A stretch of 64,000 nt of DNA from Eledone cirrhosa. Lineage: Eukaryota. The notes below the pieces were generated by a model. The model was given only the letters and a program-made list of their open reading frames with translations, did no database searches and was not told the DNA's origin. Where the stretch lies: positions 36,208,001 through 36,272,000 of the forward strand of contig OZ024745.1 in assembly GCA_964016885.1 (NCBI GenBank), in the 5' to 3' direction. Both the position numbers and the translations under genes were made by a program. This document shows positions 1-13,232 of the stretch, in pieces (within the stretch, counting starts at the first letter, position 1; the number at the start of each line of letters is the position of its first letter).

Positions 1-953
1 TACTAATGCATTAAGGAGTTCGGATAGACCATTTTGTGTATACAATGCATTCTTTACTGCTAAGTTGATAAATATATTACTAGCTATTTAATGTTGATGA
101 CAGTCAATTCTATACTGTACTACAAAAGCAATACATGATATAATGTAATAGATGTAAACATATTTCATTTACTCTCGGGTCCCCAATAATAGGGCAGGGG
201 GAATAAGCAGGGTGGGTAATAAGTGGAGGGTGGTTGGAAAATCGGTAATTTTTCTAGGATGACTCCTTTGATCTTTTAAAAGCAAGTGCTAGTTGTTTAG
301 TTTACATATTGTGAACCTAACCCATCCTATAAGATTTATAACGTATGAGATTTCATGTGATGTATTTTTCTGTCATATATAAGGTTTCTGATGAATAAAG
401 AAAATTAATTGATGTATAATGAAATATAAAATTTCGGCAGAAATTCGTTAGCGCAATTCAATAATCTGGGGAGTTCTTGGAATATGAGCGTCAGGATGGA
501 AAAACATTTGAAAAATATATAAGCGGGAGGTGTGTACGATTAACCGAGACCGGCGAGTTTATACAATTCATGCTGCAGTGTAAACCAGGCAGAAATCACT
601 CCAGGTTCAGGCATTTCTTCAATTTATATCTGTATATATTATTTCTTCAATATATGTCTGTAGGTAAATTGTTTAGAAGTTTCTTATATATGCATATATT
701 TCCAAGTGCATATACATTTTTTGAGAGTGTGCGAGCATTTGTGTGCATAATCTTACAAGCATATAAATGCATATAAATATATAAAAATAAGTGAATAGGT
801 GAACTAAACGAAACGCGTCTGAAATAAAACAGAGGTGGCAATTTAAATATGTTCGGAAGACGAGCATGGACGAAATACAAAATTCAGTGGTAAATCAGAT
901 TTAAAATATCCACACACACATATATTAATGAGTTGGCGCTTGTGTAACCCCTC

Positions 954-1044
<91 letters not shown>

Positions 1045-1078
1045 TATATATATATAAATAAATATATATATATATATA

Positions 1079-3060
1079 TAAATTAATATGTAAGTGATGA
1101 AACACAGATACCAACACATCTGTATATATATTGCAAAAGAAAAATTTAGCCAGATTGAAGTATACTAATTATTATACTACAGTTTGTCCATATCGATTTA
1201 AAATAATAAATCAACGGAGACGAACTGTATTGCCAAAAGGCGGTGGTGTTTAGACACATTTAAATTTCAAAATCAAACCTGTTCCGTAGATAAGTTTAGA
1301 CTTAAAGATCTAAATATGTTTCGAGTTAAAAACTGTAGTATAATAATTAGTATACTTCAATCTGGCTAAATTTTTCTTTTGCAATATATATACAGATGTG
1401 TTGGTATCTGTGTTTCATCACTTACATATTAATTTATACACTGCTCAGGGGATATTTTTTCCTCATTCGAGCTGATTCCATTGTAAAAGAATTCATTACC
1501 TTATTAAATTTAACTGCTCCTAGTTTGAGCTGCAAACCATCCCATATATACGACTGTTATTTCTAGCAGTACGGTTATGAGACTAGTTAGATACTGTAAA
1601 GCCATGTGCGCCACGCAGTCTTTTAAATTATTTAGAAGTGAAGCATCTCAATTTGTCTCTGGATGTTTACTGAGGAGAGCGGGGCATGATATTCCTACAC
1701 TTTTTTAACTCGAAACATATTTAGATCTTAAAGTCTAAACTTATCTACGGAACAGGTTTGATTTTGAAATTTAAATGTGTCTAAACATCACCGCCTTTTG
1801 GCAATACAGTTCGTCTCCGTTGATTTATTATTTTAAATCGATATGGACAAACTGTAGTATAATAATTAGTATACTTCAATCTGGCTAAATTTTTCTTTTG
1901 CAATATATATACAGATGTGTTGGTATCTGTGTTTCATCACTTACATATTAATTTATACACTGCTCAGGGGATATTTTTTCCTCATTCGAGCTGATTCCAT
2001 TGTAAAAGAATTCATTACCTTATTAATTTTAACTGCTCCTAGTTTGAGCTGCAAACCGTCCCATATATACGACTGTTATTTCTAGCAGTACGGTTATGAG
2101 ACTAGTTAGATACTGTAAAGCCATGTGCGCCACGCAGTCTTTTAAATTATTTAGAAGTGAAGCATATCAATTTGTCTCTGGATGTTTACTGAGGAGAGCG
2201 GGACATGATATTCCTACACTTTTTTAACTCGAAACATATTTAGATCTTAAAGTCTAAACTTATCTACGGAACAGGTTTGATTTTGAAATTTAAATGTGTC
2301 TAAACATCACCGCCTTTTGGCAATACAGTTCGTCTCCGTTGATTTATTATTTTAAATCGATATGGACAAACTGTAGTATAATAATTAGTATACTTCAATC
2401 TGGCTAAATTTTTCTTTTGCAATATATATACAGATGTGTTGGTATCTGTGTTTCATCACTTACATATTAATTTATACACTGCTCAGGGGATATTTTTTCC
2501 TCATTCGAGCTGATTCCATTGTAAAAGAATTCATTACCTTATTAATTTTAACTGCTCCTAGTTTGAGCTGCAAACCGTCCCATATATACGACTGTTATTT
2601 CTAGCAGTACGGTTATGAGACTAGTTAGATACTGTAAAGCCATGTGCGCCACGCAGTCTTTTAAATTATTTAGAAGTGAAGCATATCAATTTGTCTCTGG
2701 ATGTTTACTGAGGAGAGCGGGACATGATATTCCTACACTTTTTTAACTCGAAACATATTTAGATCTTAAAGTCTAAACTTATCTACGGAACAGGTTTGAT
2801 TTTGAAATTTAAATGTGTCTAAACATCACCGCCTTTTGGCAATACAGTTCGTCTCCGTTGATTTATTATTTTAAATCGATATGGACAAACTGTAGTATAA
2901 TAATTAGTATACTTCAATCTGGCTAAATTTTTCTTTTGCAATATATATACAGATGTGTTGGTATCTGTGTTTCATCACTTACATATTAATTTATACACTG
3001 CTCAGGGGATATTTTTTCCTCATTCGAGCTGATTCCATTGTAAAAGAATTCATTACCTTA

Positions 3061-3065
<5 letters not shown>
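1079..3065 (+). repeat. 519-bp tandem array (~3.3 units, 1331-3065) with an inverted partial unit at its 5' end (1079-1331), flanked by (TA)n; retrozyme / PLE pseudo-LTR-like
   Basis: CTGTAGTATAATAATTAG recurs at 1333, 1852, 2371 and 2890 with near-identical units. 1079-1331 is the reverse complement of part of the unit. Each full unit carries an HHR-like core. Confidence 0.95.
1661..1730 (+). ncRNA. Type I hammerhead ribozyme-like motif (copies at ~2180-2249 and ~2699-2768)
   Basis: TTTA-CTGAGGA-GAG...CTC-GAAA-CATA-TT-TAGA: conserved core, GAG/CTC base of stem II, weak stems I and III. Confidence 0.6.
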
Positions 3066-3140
<75 letters not shown>

Positions 3141-3365
3141 TACCCTTTATTATTTCCTTACCTCATAAAATTATATGTTTTTTCACAAAAAAGTATTCTG
3201 TCTCTTATATATTCCATGTGCCATTACCAACCTCAATTTTCTCTATATATAATTATATATATTAAATGAAGATGCAGACAATATATAATCACTAATAATT
3301 GATAGAAAATATGAATGCAGGAGTTGTCAAACAAATGTGTAAGCCTGCAAAAAAAACAAAAAAAA

Positions 3366-3450
3366 CTTTCATCCTGACGGGGTCGATAAAATAAAGTACC
3401 AGTAATGCACTCGGACAATTACTGGCCTTGTGCCAACAGTAAAAACAATT
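3366..3450 (+). mobile_element. 5'-truncated tRNA-derived SINE (family of 13057-13232)
   Basis: CTTTCATCC..ACGGGGTCGATAAAATAAAGTACCAGTAATGCACT...GGCCTTGTGCC matches the full copies. Confidence 0.85.
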
Positions 3451-4002
3451 ATTTGGCCTTGATCTAGAATACATGGAAAAATTTCAACGGTCTTGTTTTG
3501 AAATGTTTTGATATGATTTTTGTTGCCTACTTTTGATACTTTATACGTAGAGGAACTAAAACGTACTGCCATATGTGGGAAGAATAAACCATTGACAGAT
3601 AACACATTCGGACAAAATTTGACAAAGAACATGTTATGTTATATATTATAGGGAAGAAATAATAGTATGAGAGAAATTGATAAAAAAAAAGACGTCCTGG
3701 GTTGGGTTCTGAATTATATAATGAATGTATTTTGAAGACACATATCGAAGAAACATATTTTACAGATAAAAATAGAGGTAAAATTCCAAGTGTCTTGTGA
3801 AGGAGCTATTCGTAAAAACAACGGAGCTATCTGTAGCTGGCAGGGTATAAATAAATATAGTCTTTTCCTAACAATGGAAAGGAAAGGGCATTTTTGGAAT
3901 TCCATATCGTGATGAGTGGGTATAAACAATTAAACCAGTAGGAAATAATCTTTCAGGTAAAGTGCCAAAGCACAAATAAAGTGTATCCTTTAATGGAACC
4001 GA

Positions 4003-4248
4003 TTAATCCTTTTGAACCAAACCACCTCAAGCAATTCTTTTTTCTATGATACATAAATCTATTTTATCTAAAAAAAGCTTTCTTCATAATTCTATTTGAA
4101 GAACCATCGTTTATTTATATTACAAACCTCAGCTTAATTATTCAGAAGTTAGTTATATAAGAAGATATTTCTAATTTCTTAATTATATTCAAATTCATAT
4201 GGTATTCATTGGTAAAATGGTAACGAAATACGGTATCGAAATGGTTAA
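4003..4248. mobile_element. Degenerate TTAA-flanked MITE (piggyBac-like); possible second copy ~42941-43185
   Basis: TTAA-TCCTTTTGAACC ... GGTATCGAAATGG-TTAA, imperfect terminal inverted repeats with TTAA at both ends. Confidence 0.45.
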
Positions 4249-4866
4249 AGCATTGGTAAAACCAAAAGAGAAATTAGCCATTTAAAGAGATAGCATTGCT
4301 GGTAGTGGAATCAGAGATAATGTGAACAACGATGACTACCAAAGTAAAATGAATATAGCATATTAGAAGGAAAATACATTAGCTGGACTTGTACATGATA
4401 GACAAATATAGTAATCGATAAAATATATTATTTTATGTTTTTATGAATTCTATATCTCATTATTTGAAATAGATCGATCCCAAACCACTGTTTACTTTTC
4501 GTTCATATTATTTGTCTTTCTTTCACTTCTCCTCTTTCCAATGAAATATTAGCGCCCGAAACTGCGAGTTGTTTCTCTAACTCAATATTAAAGTAATAGT
4601 AATATACCATTACTACCATATCTTGTTCTCTGCTACTACTGCTTCATGAATTTGCCTTTATTCATAAAAGTTCATGCATCTATACATATATAGCGTAAGA
4701 GAGCATATAATGAAGAAACAAAGTATATGGCTGGAAAAACATTTCCATATTGTATCCCACTTCTCTCATTTATTTGTAATGTCTTCGAACTTCTCTTCTG
4801 CGTATCTGGAGTGAACTAATAATAGTCTGTACACATTAATTCCTTAATTTACAAGCGCACACACGT

Positions 4867-4951
<85 letters not shown>

Positions 4952-4952
<1 letters not shown>

Positions 4953-5850
4953 AAACATGAGAAGAAAGAATACTGCGTGGTTGCACATGGGTTACATATG
5001 ATAAAAATAGTCCTTAGTCAGTGATTTTCCAACCTTCATTGGTATTTCATTGCTTTAAAAATCATATACCTCTGGTTGGTGCGAGCAATAGCTAAATAAA
5101 GCTATTGGGACAAGTAAATCGCGTAAAGCGAGCGAGACAAGTAAACAACAGGGAAGGAAAGCAACGCAAAGATAGGAAAAAAACAAGCAGCATGGAAATC
5201 CGGTCAGCTTAAGCTGGGTGGATTTCATGAGCGCGAGAGATATATACAGACCCTCCGACGTGAGTGAGATGTGAGCAAGAAGAGAACCCACTACAGGCCA
5301 AACGGGAGGAAGTGAGAAGGGGAGAAACAGAGAGTGAGGGGGTGAAAGTGCGAGGAAGAGGCCAGTAGAGAGAAAGTGTAACTGACAGAGGGGGCGAAAG
5401 AAGGTGAGAGAGACAGAGAGAGCGGGAAGCACTAAGAGAGAAACAGACAAACGCAGCTGAGGCATATATCTATAAAAAACATGAGAAGAAAGAATACTGC
5501 GTGGTTGCACATGGGTTACATATGATAAAAATAGTCCTTCGTCAGTGATTTTACAACCTTCATTGGTATTTCATCGCTTTAAAAATCATATACCTCCGGT
5601 TGGTGCGAGCAATAGCTAAATAAAGCTATTGGGACAAGTAAATCGCGTAAAGCGAGCGAGACAAGTAAACAACAGGGAAGGAAAACAACGCAAAGATAGG
5701 AAAAAACAGCCAGCATGGAAATCCGGTCAGCTTAAGCTAGCTGGATTTCATGAACGAGAGAGATAAATACAGACCGTCCGACGTGAGTGAGATGTGGACA
5801 AGAAGAGAACCCACTACAGACCAAACGGGAGGAAGTGAGAAGGGGAGAAA
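4952..5850 (-). repeat. 524-bp tandem repeat (~1.7 units) flanked by (TA)n, PLE pLTR-like
   Basis: AAAACATGAGAAGAAAGAATACTGCGTGG at 4952 and 5476. The minus strand has CTGACGA followed by a hairpin but no downstream GAAA. Confidence 0.85.
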
Positions 5851-5863
5851 TATATATATATAT

Positions 5864-6075
5864 ATAGAATGGAAAATGAAAAATCAATGATGCATCGGAA
5901 CTCAATTTATTGCGTATTACAATTGTTTCCCTGGAGAACAGCTCGAGGAGCGATATGTGTGGGGATCGACCTGACTCTGGATTCGCATTTTCCTCAGACA
6001 CGTCTATTGATTTCGGAAACAATTGTAATACGCAATAAATTGAATCCCGATGCATCACTGATTTTTCCATTCTAT
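5864..6075. repeat. Fold-back palindrome (~60-bp arms) adjacent to (TA)n
   Basis: 5864-5930 is the imperfect reverse complement of 6017-6075. Confidence 0.85.
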
Positions 6076-6148
6076 CTTACTCTGCTCCGTAGGAGCATAG
6101 AGTCCTCTCTCGGCATACCGCCTATGGACGCAACTTAACTACCATAAG

Positions 6149-6200
<52 letters not shown>

Positions 6201-7103
6201 GAAGACATGTGTGAGTGTGTATGTGTGTGTGTGTGTGTGTGTATGTATGGATGGATATATTGTATGTATATTATATAAGCCGAATATTATAATTTCTATA
6301 ATTACTGTTTCTAAGTTTCCATATGTCAAATTATTTTTACCTGGAATTTTTTGCCTTTTATATTTAAAAAGTAATATTACTTATTGAAATGTATGGAGTA
6401 ACTGACTGGGTTGTCACCTGTCAATTACGTCCTTGTTATTTATGAAATGTTTGTACGCTACCACCTTATGCATAGTCTCTTTCGTTTTCTTATAAATATG
6501 AAACTTTTAATTTTAGATATGTATATATGTCCAAAGCATATACATTATAAACTTTAAATCTCTCAATATGTCCTTTTATAAATATTACACCTATTAACTA
6601 TTTTGTTCCTAATACTATTATTTTTTTCCTATTTTCGAATCCATGCACTGATATCTTTCAACGGCTTTTTAGAATTTCTTGACTGACAACGTCTAATTTT
6701 CTAACACTCAATTTTCACATCACAATACGTAGCTTTACATTAAAGTTCCGTTTGTGTAATCGCTTATGTATTTCACCAACTCATTTAGAAAATTCAGATC
6801 CTGAGTTTTCTTTTATATTCATTGCATGCTGAAGCAGTCCCCAAAAAGCCAGGAGTCACCACTTCACATAAAATCTGTTTCATTTGTATTATCAGTATCC
6901 TGCACATATATTTGTATTTATATTATATAACATATGTTTATATATTAAAAAATAGTTACATGAACCCATTGAGTGCCCTGAGTGCAAGACTCCTGTTAAT
7001 TTTAGGTTAGCTGTTTTTTTCTTCACAGCTATCAGTGCTTTCTCATTTTTCTGTCTTCAATAAAAAATATAAACTAATTGTGTTTGCGTAAGTTCGTGTG
7101 TAA

Positions 7104-7181
<78 letters not shown>

Positions 7182-7330
7182 ATACTTTGGGAGGGTCATG
7201 TTGCCAATAAGAAACACACGCACCAGCTGTTTCACTTCAATTTATTATAATAAATTTATAATAAATTTAGAAAATTTATAAATTTCTAGTTGGTTGGTTG
7301 GTTCCACAACCAGATAGTTGTTTATATATT

Positions 7331-7373
7331 GTCATAGTTCTTTCGTCACACACTATGTGACCTCTTCAGTGAC
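7331..7373 (-). ncRNA. Minimal type I hammerhead ribozyme in the PLE pLTR (copies 10415-10457 +, 36459-36501 -, 37161-37203 -)
   Basis: GTCA-CTGAAGA-G-GTCACA-tagtg-TGTGAC-GAAA-GAAC-TA-TGAC: stem I GTCA/TGAC, stem II GTCACA/TGTGAC. The 10415 copy has CTGAATA (G8 lost). Confidence 0.88.
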
Positions 7374-7834
7374 TGGGGATTCCTTTCTTTGTTTTTGTGC
7401 CTCTCCTTTGTTCTGTCCTACGCCATTTTGTTTCTGTGTGTGTGTTGTGTGCTCAGTCTGCGCATGCGCCACATCCGGGTGTCTGTGTGTGTTTATGTTC
7501 ATTTATTTATTTGTTTATTTACATGTTACTGGTTGGTTGTTTGTTCTATGTGTGTGTGTGTTTTCATTTTGTCCTTAATTGTAAGTTGTGATGTTGCTGT
7601 TCTATTAAATTTTGGTTGTAATTCTTTCATGTTTATTGCCTCTGTGATTTGTCTAAACATTGCGTCTTTTCTGTGTGTAGATTCTATTTCTATTTCTAGG
7701 TTCTCTAATTTACCCTTGTGTTCTATTTTAGCATGTTGGTAGAGTACAGATGATTCTTTACTATCTTGAAGGTCTCACCAGTGTTCATTTATCCGTTCCC
7801 CTACACTACGAGCTGTCTCACCTATGTACACTAT

Positions 7835-10213
7835 GTACGTTTTATAATCCCTCCGATAAATCGTTCGACCTGCGACGAGTCCACGCCACGACTTTACCAT
7901 TTAACAAACGCACGCAATTGCCGTCGCAGGTCGATGAACAAACAGAAGCACAATTTAGTATAGCTAGATCCGAACTTAGAAATATTATAGAACAGTATAG
8001 CAAGAAGCATAATAGAATGGAGGCCCAGCAACTGGGAGAAAAATCTGCAAATGGCTTGCGTAAGCTCATGCAGCGCTTGCGTAATGGAGAGATAGCATGC
8101 TTTCCAACAGACAAGTATGGCAGAATGTCGGTTGACAGCCTGCCAAACTACATCCAGGCAATGCAACCCCACATCACTAACACAAGAGAGGTAACACCAC
8201 AGGAGCATGAGGATAGAGAAAAAGCCCTCAATGCCCATATGGTGATGTGGCCGAATATAATTCAGCCCAACAAAAGGACTGCCAACAACTTCCAGGCCTG
8301 GAACAATGACGTGCCGGCGTTGTATGGGCTTCGAAAAGACCATAAAACGGGCAGTGACCCTGTTGCGGGACCACCAACACGGCCAGTCTGTGGAGCTAAC
8401 ATTGCTAGTAACTACAGACTGTCCTACTTCCTCTCCCTGATCATACGCCACATCATTGAAATGTCCCCAGATGTATGTGACAGCACGGAGGACCTCCTCA
8501 GCAGAATCGGCGAGAGTAACCGATCTAGGGACCTAACAAACTGCATAATAGGTAGTATGGTTATTGTGTCCCTGTATCCATCTATTGACGTGGATTTTGC
8601 TGTGGAGAAATGCGTAGAAATGATCAGTGAGAGCAATGTTGAGTTCCGTGGGATTGATACCAGTGAGCTGGGTCTCCTACTTAAACTTACCTATAGTAAT
8701 AATTACCTAGACACATATGACCTTAGCAACTTGTGCCCTACAAGACCAGCAAGAGGCAGACCACCTACCATTACCTCAATGGCCAAGAAAACCCACACAG
8801 ATAGATGGAACGGGTGGACCAGAGCCATACGGACACCCGAAAACCACGATGAACTGAAGAAAATGATTGCACATGCGGTAGGGACCAGCATAAAACTAAC
8901 CCTTAAGGAACATATGTTCAAATTTAATGGAAAAACATATGCCCAAGAGGAAGGAGCAGCCATTGGTGTTAGCATTGCAGGCGACATAGCTAACTTATTG
9001 ATGGTATGGTGGGACAGTAGACTTAAACTTAAACTCAAAGAAGAATTAGAGGACCCCTTAACCCTGATAATGTACTCCCACTACGTTGATGATATAAACA
9101 TCGTAGTTAAGACACCCCCACTAGAGAACAGACAGGAACTAGAGAAAAACACAATGGAAAGCTTCCAGCAAATAGCTAACTCCATCCATCAGAGCATTAG
9201 AGTTACTATAGACTACCCAAGTAAACACCGCAACCATCGATTACCTGTACTAGACACAGAGCTCTGGTTAGATACCATTAATAACAAAAAACAAATCCTC
9301 CATTCCCATTATGCCAAACCCAGGACTTCCAAACATCTGATCCACCGAAACTCGGCCGTTTCGGACCATACCAAAATCAACATACTGATTGCGGATTTGG
9401 TACGGGTGATGAGAAACGTGTCCCGCATGTGCAACCCCGAAGAACTAGAAAGACACATACAACACTTCATCCACCGTATGCAGTTCTCTGGCTACAATCA
9501 GAGAGATAAAATCAGAGTGTATAGAGGAGCCAGAACCAAATGGGAAAAAAATGGTAAATAATGACATAAATGGGACCTGCCCCTTGTATAGGAGCAAATT
9601 TTGGAATAGAATAGAAAGAACTAGGAACAAGGCTAATAGAATAAACTCATGGTATGATATCAATAAATATCACAGTGTAATGTTCATCGATACAACCACT
9701 AGAGGTGAATTAGCTTACAAATTTAGAAGGGCCCTAAATAAACATAAACTCAATATTAAGATAGTAGAACGACCAGGTACCTCCGTAAAAACACTTATTA
9801 GCAAGACATACCCTTTTCAAAGACCCTCATGTATAGATAAGAAATGTATAACCTGTAAAATAAGCCCCCATATTAACTGTAAAACTAGAAATGTAGTGTA
9901 TAGCATAAGATGTACTGAAGGACAATGTAGAGACAAAAATATAGTGTACATAGGTGAGACAGCTCGTAGTGTAGGGGAACGGATAAATGAACACTGGCGA
10001 GACCCTCAAGATAGTAAAGAATCATCTGTACTCTACCAACATGCTAAAATAGAACACAAGGGTAAATTAGAGAACATAGAAATAAAAATAGAATCTACAC
10101 ACAGAAAAGACGAAATGTTTAGACAAATCACAGAGGCAATAAACATAAAAGAATTACAACCAAAATTAAATAGAAAATATGAGTGGAACAGCAACATCAC
10201 AACTTACAATTAA
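7835..10213 (+). pseudogene. PLE reverse transcriptase + GIY-YIG endonuclease (frameshifted at the A-run ~9545-9551)
   Basis: Motifs TDKYGR, LYGLRKDHK, RPVCG, SLYPSID, GAAIG, YVDD, LPVLD, then CxxxxCxxC and VVYSIRC...YIGET.R...RINEH. The motif-A Asp reads Val (GSMVIVSLYPS). One extra A splits WEK|MVN. Confidence 0.9.
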
Positions 10214-10619
10214 GGACAAAATGAAAACACACACACACATAGAACAAACAACCAACCAGTAACATGTAAATAAACAAATAAATAAATGAACATAAACACA
10301 CACAGACACCCGGATGTGGCGCATGCGCAGACTGAGCACACAACACACACACAGAAACAAAATGGCGTAGGACAGAACAAAGGAGAGGCACAGAAACAAA
10401 GAAAGGAATCCCCAGTCACTGAATAGGTCACAGAGTGTGTGACGAAAGAACTATGACAATATATAAACAACTATCTGGTTGTGGAACCAACCAGCCAACC
10501 AGAAATTTATAAATTTATAAATTTATAAATTTATTATAATAATAAATTGAAGTGAAAGCAACTGGTGCGTGTGTTTCTTATTGGCAACATGACCCTCCCA
10601 AAGTATAACAATATATATA

Positions 10620-10714
<95 letters not shown>

Positions 10715-10729
10715 ATATATACATATATA

Positions 10730-11847
<1,118 letters not shown>

Positions 11848-12382
11848 TCAAATGACCCATTATTATCTTTATCTTTATTTTTTATATATATATATATATA
11901 TTTATCTCTTTATATCCCCCCCCCCTCTCTCTTTCTATCCATCCCTCCCACTATGATCAATCTCATTCTCTTTAACTCACTACATTCCACGACATGATGT
12001 CTGCTATCAAAACTGTCCAAGGAATCCTTCCACCTCTACCACTCCCTCCATCTCAGTTTGTCACTCTACTTCCTACCTCTTCCCCGTTCCTCTCTCTATA
12101 TACTATTCCGTTTGTCCCCTCACCTTCTGATTCCTCTCTCTCTATACTAGTAAATACAATTCCAAATAAATGTTTTTCTCTATATATTAAGAATTATTTC
12201 AAGAGTAACTTACCATTTTGAAAATTTGGACTGTGAAGAACAATTATAATTGAGTGGCTGCTATTTGCAGTATAGCAATATAAGGTTGCACTTACCAATG
12301 AAACGGTCGTAAATACCTGGATAAAATCCTTCTCTTAATGCTTACCTGTGTTTTATTTTATATATATATATATGTGTGTGTG

Positions 12383-12414
<32 letters not shown>

Positions 12415-12497
12415 TACACATATATATATATATATATATACACATATATATATATACATATATATATATACGCATATATATATATATACATATATAT

Positions 12498-12747
12498 ATT
12501 AAAATATAATTATTAATAAAATAGATGTTCTTTTGAATGTTTTTTAATGATACATGACATACCCTGAAATGTTAAATGGTTAAGATTTAATCTACCTTGA
12601 TTAAATCTTAACCATTTAACATCTCAGGGTATGTCATGTATCATTATATTTTGTCTGATGAGGACGTACCGTTGTACATCCGAAATATGTATAATAAAAT
12701 GTAATTGATCAAAAGAACAGCTATTTTATTAATACTTATCTTTTAAT
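12498..12747. repeat. Fold-back palindrome; the right arm contains an HHR that is missing from the left arm
   Basis: 12546-12591 pairs with 12599-12646, and 12498-12537 pairs with 12709-12747. Confidence 0.9.
12648..12700 (+). ncRNA. Minimal type I hammerhead ribozyme
   Basis: ATTTTGT-CTGATGA-GGAcGTAC-cgtt-GTACaTCC-GAAA-TATGTA-TA-ATAAAAT; quasi-palindromic stem III. Confidence 0.85.
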
Positions 12748-13056
12748 ATTAATAACTCCTGAAAATTATTTTCATTTGAGTGCTTCCAATCTACTGTAAA
12801 ACTCATTCTTTGACATAATCATCGAATATTGTTTAACAACTTAATATTTATATATATATTCATTATGATATTGACTACATATGTTTTGCCTAAATTCTAC
12901 GTGTATATAATCCATCAAAGTGTTCACAATTACATTCAGAATAAGATTATTTCAAATATTAGTTCTTGTTTATGTATGAAGGGATGTGAATAATTGCTTA
13001 CATATGTACATGAACTGTATTAGACAAATATATTTTAGTATTTTTACAGGTGTGGA

Positions 13057-13232
13057 TTGGCACTATCGGTAGAGGGTCGGACGCCATGCTTTCAAGCATA
13101 GTTACGTCCCTTTACGATCTGAGTTCAAATCCCGCCGAGGTTGACTTTGCCTTTCATCCTTACGGGGTCGATAAAATAAAGTACCAGTAATACACTGGGT
13201 AATTGCTGGCCTTGTGCCTAAAGTAGAAACAA
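13057..13232 (+). mobile_element. tRNA-derived SINE (cephalopod-type)
   Basis: A-box-like TGGCACTATCGGTAGA, B-box GAGTTCAAATCCC, and body GCCTTTCATCCTTACGGGGTCGATAAAATAAAGTACCAG. Multiple copies in the window. Confidence 0.88.

Larger units (their letters stand above)
7176..10612 (+). mobile_element. Penelope-like retroelement (Naiad-like), 5'-truncated, with inverted 3' segment at its 5' end, inserted in (TA)n
   Basis: RT + GIY-YIG ORF. 7176-7834 is the reverse complement of 9941-10612. There is an HHR in the pLTR and (TA)n on both sides. Confidence 0.93.

Noticed and set aside
383-412. CTGATGA-ATAAA-GAAA-ATTAAT as an HHR
   Set aside because: No stem I or II pairing and no NUH site; expected by chance in AT-rich DNA.
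169-560. Possible old MITE with TACTCTCGG...CCGGCGAGT ends
   Set aside because: The inverted ends are too degenerate to support.
1331-3065. CRISPR array or sgRNA-scaffold-like GCTAGAAATAGC
   Set aside because: Eukaryotic context, units are identical with no spacers, and the similarity is just a short hairpin.
7750-10213. Programmed frameshift or selenocysteine recoding in the Naiad-like ORF
   Set aside because: No in-frame TGA is seen. The break is a single extra A in a homopolymer and the catalytic Asp is mutated, consistent with decay or sequencing error.
13057-13140. tRNA gene
   Set aside because: A/B boxes belong to a SINE head; there is no cloverleaf and it continues into the SINE body.
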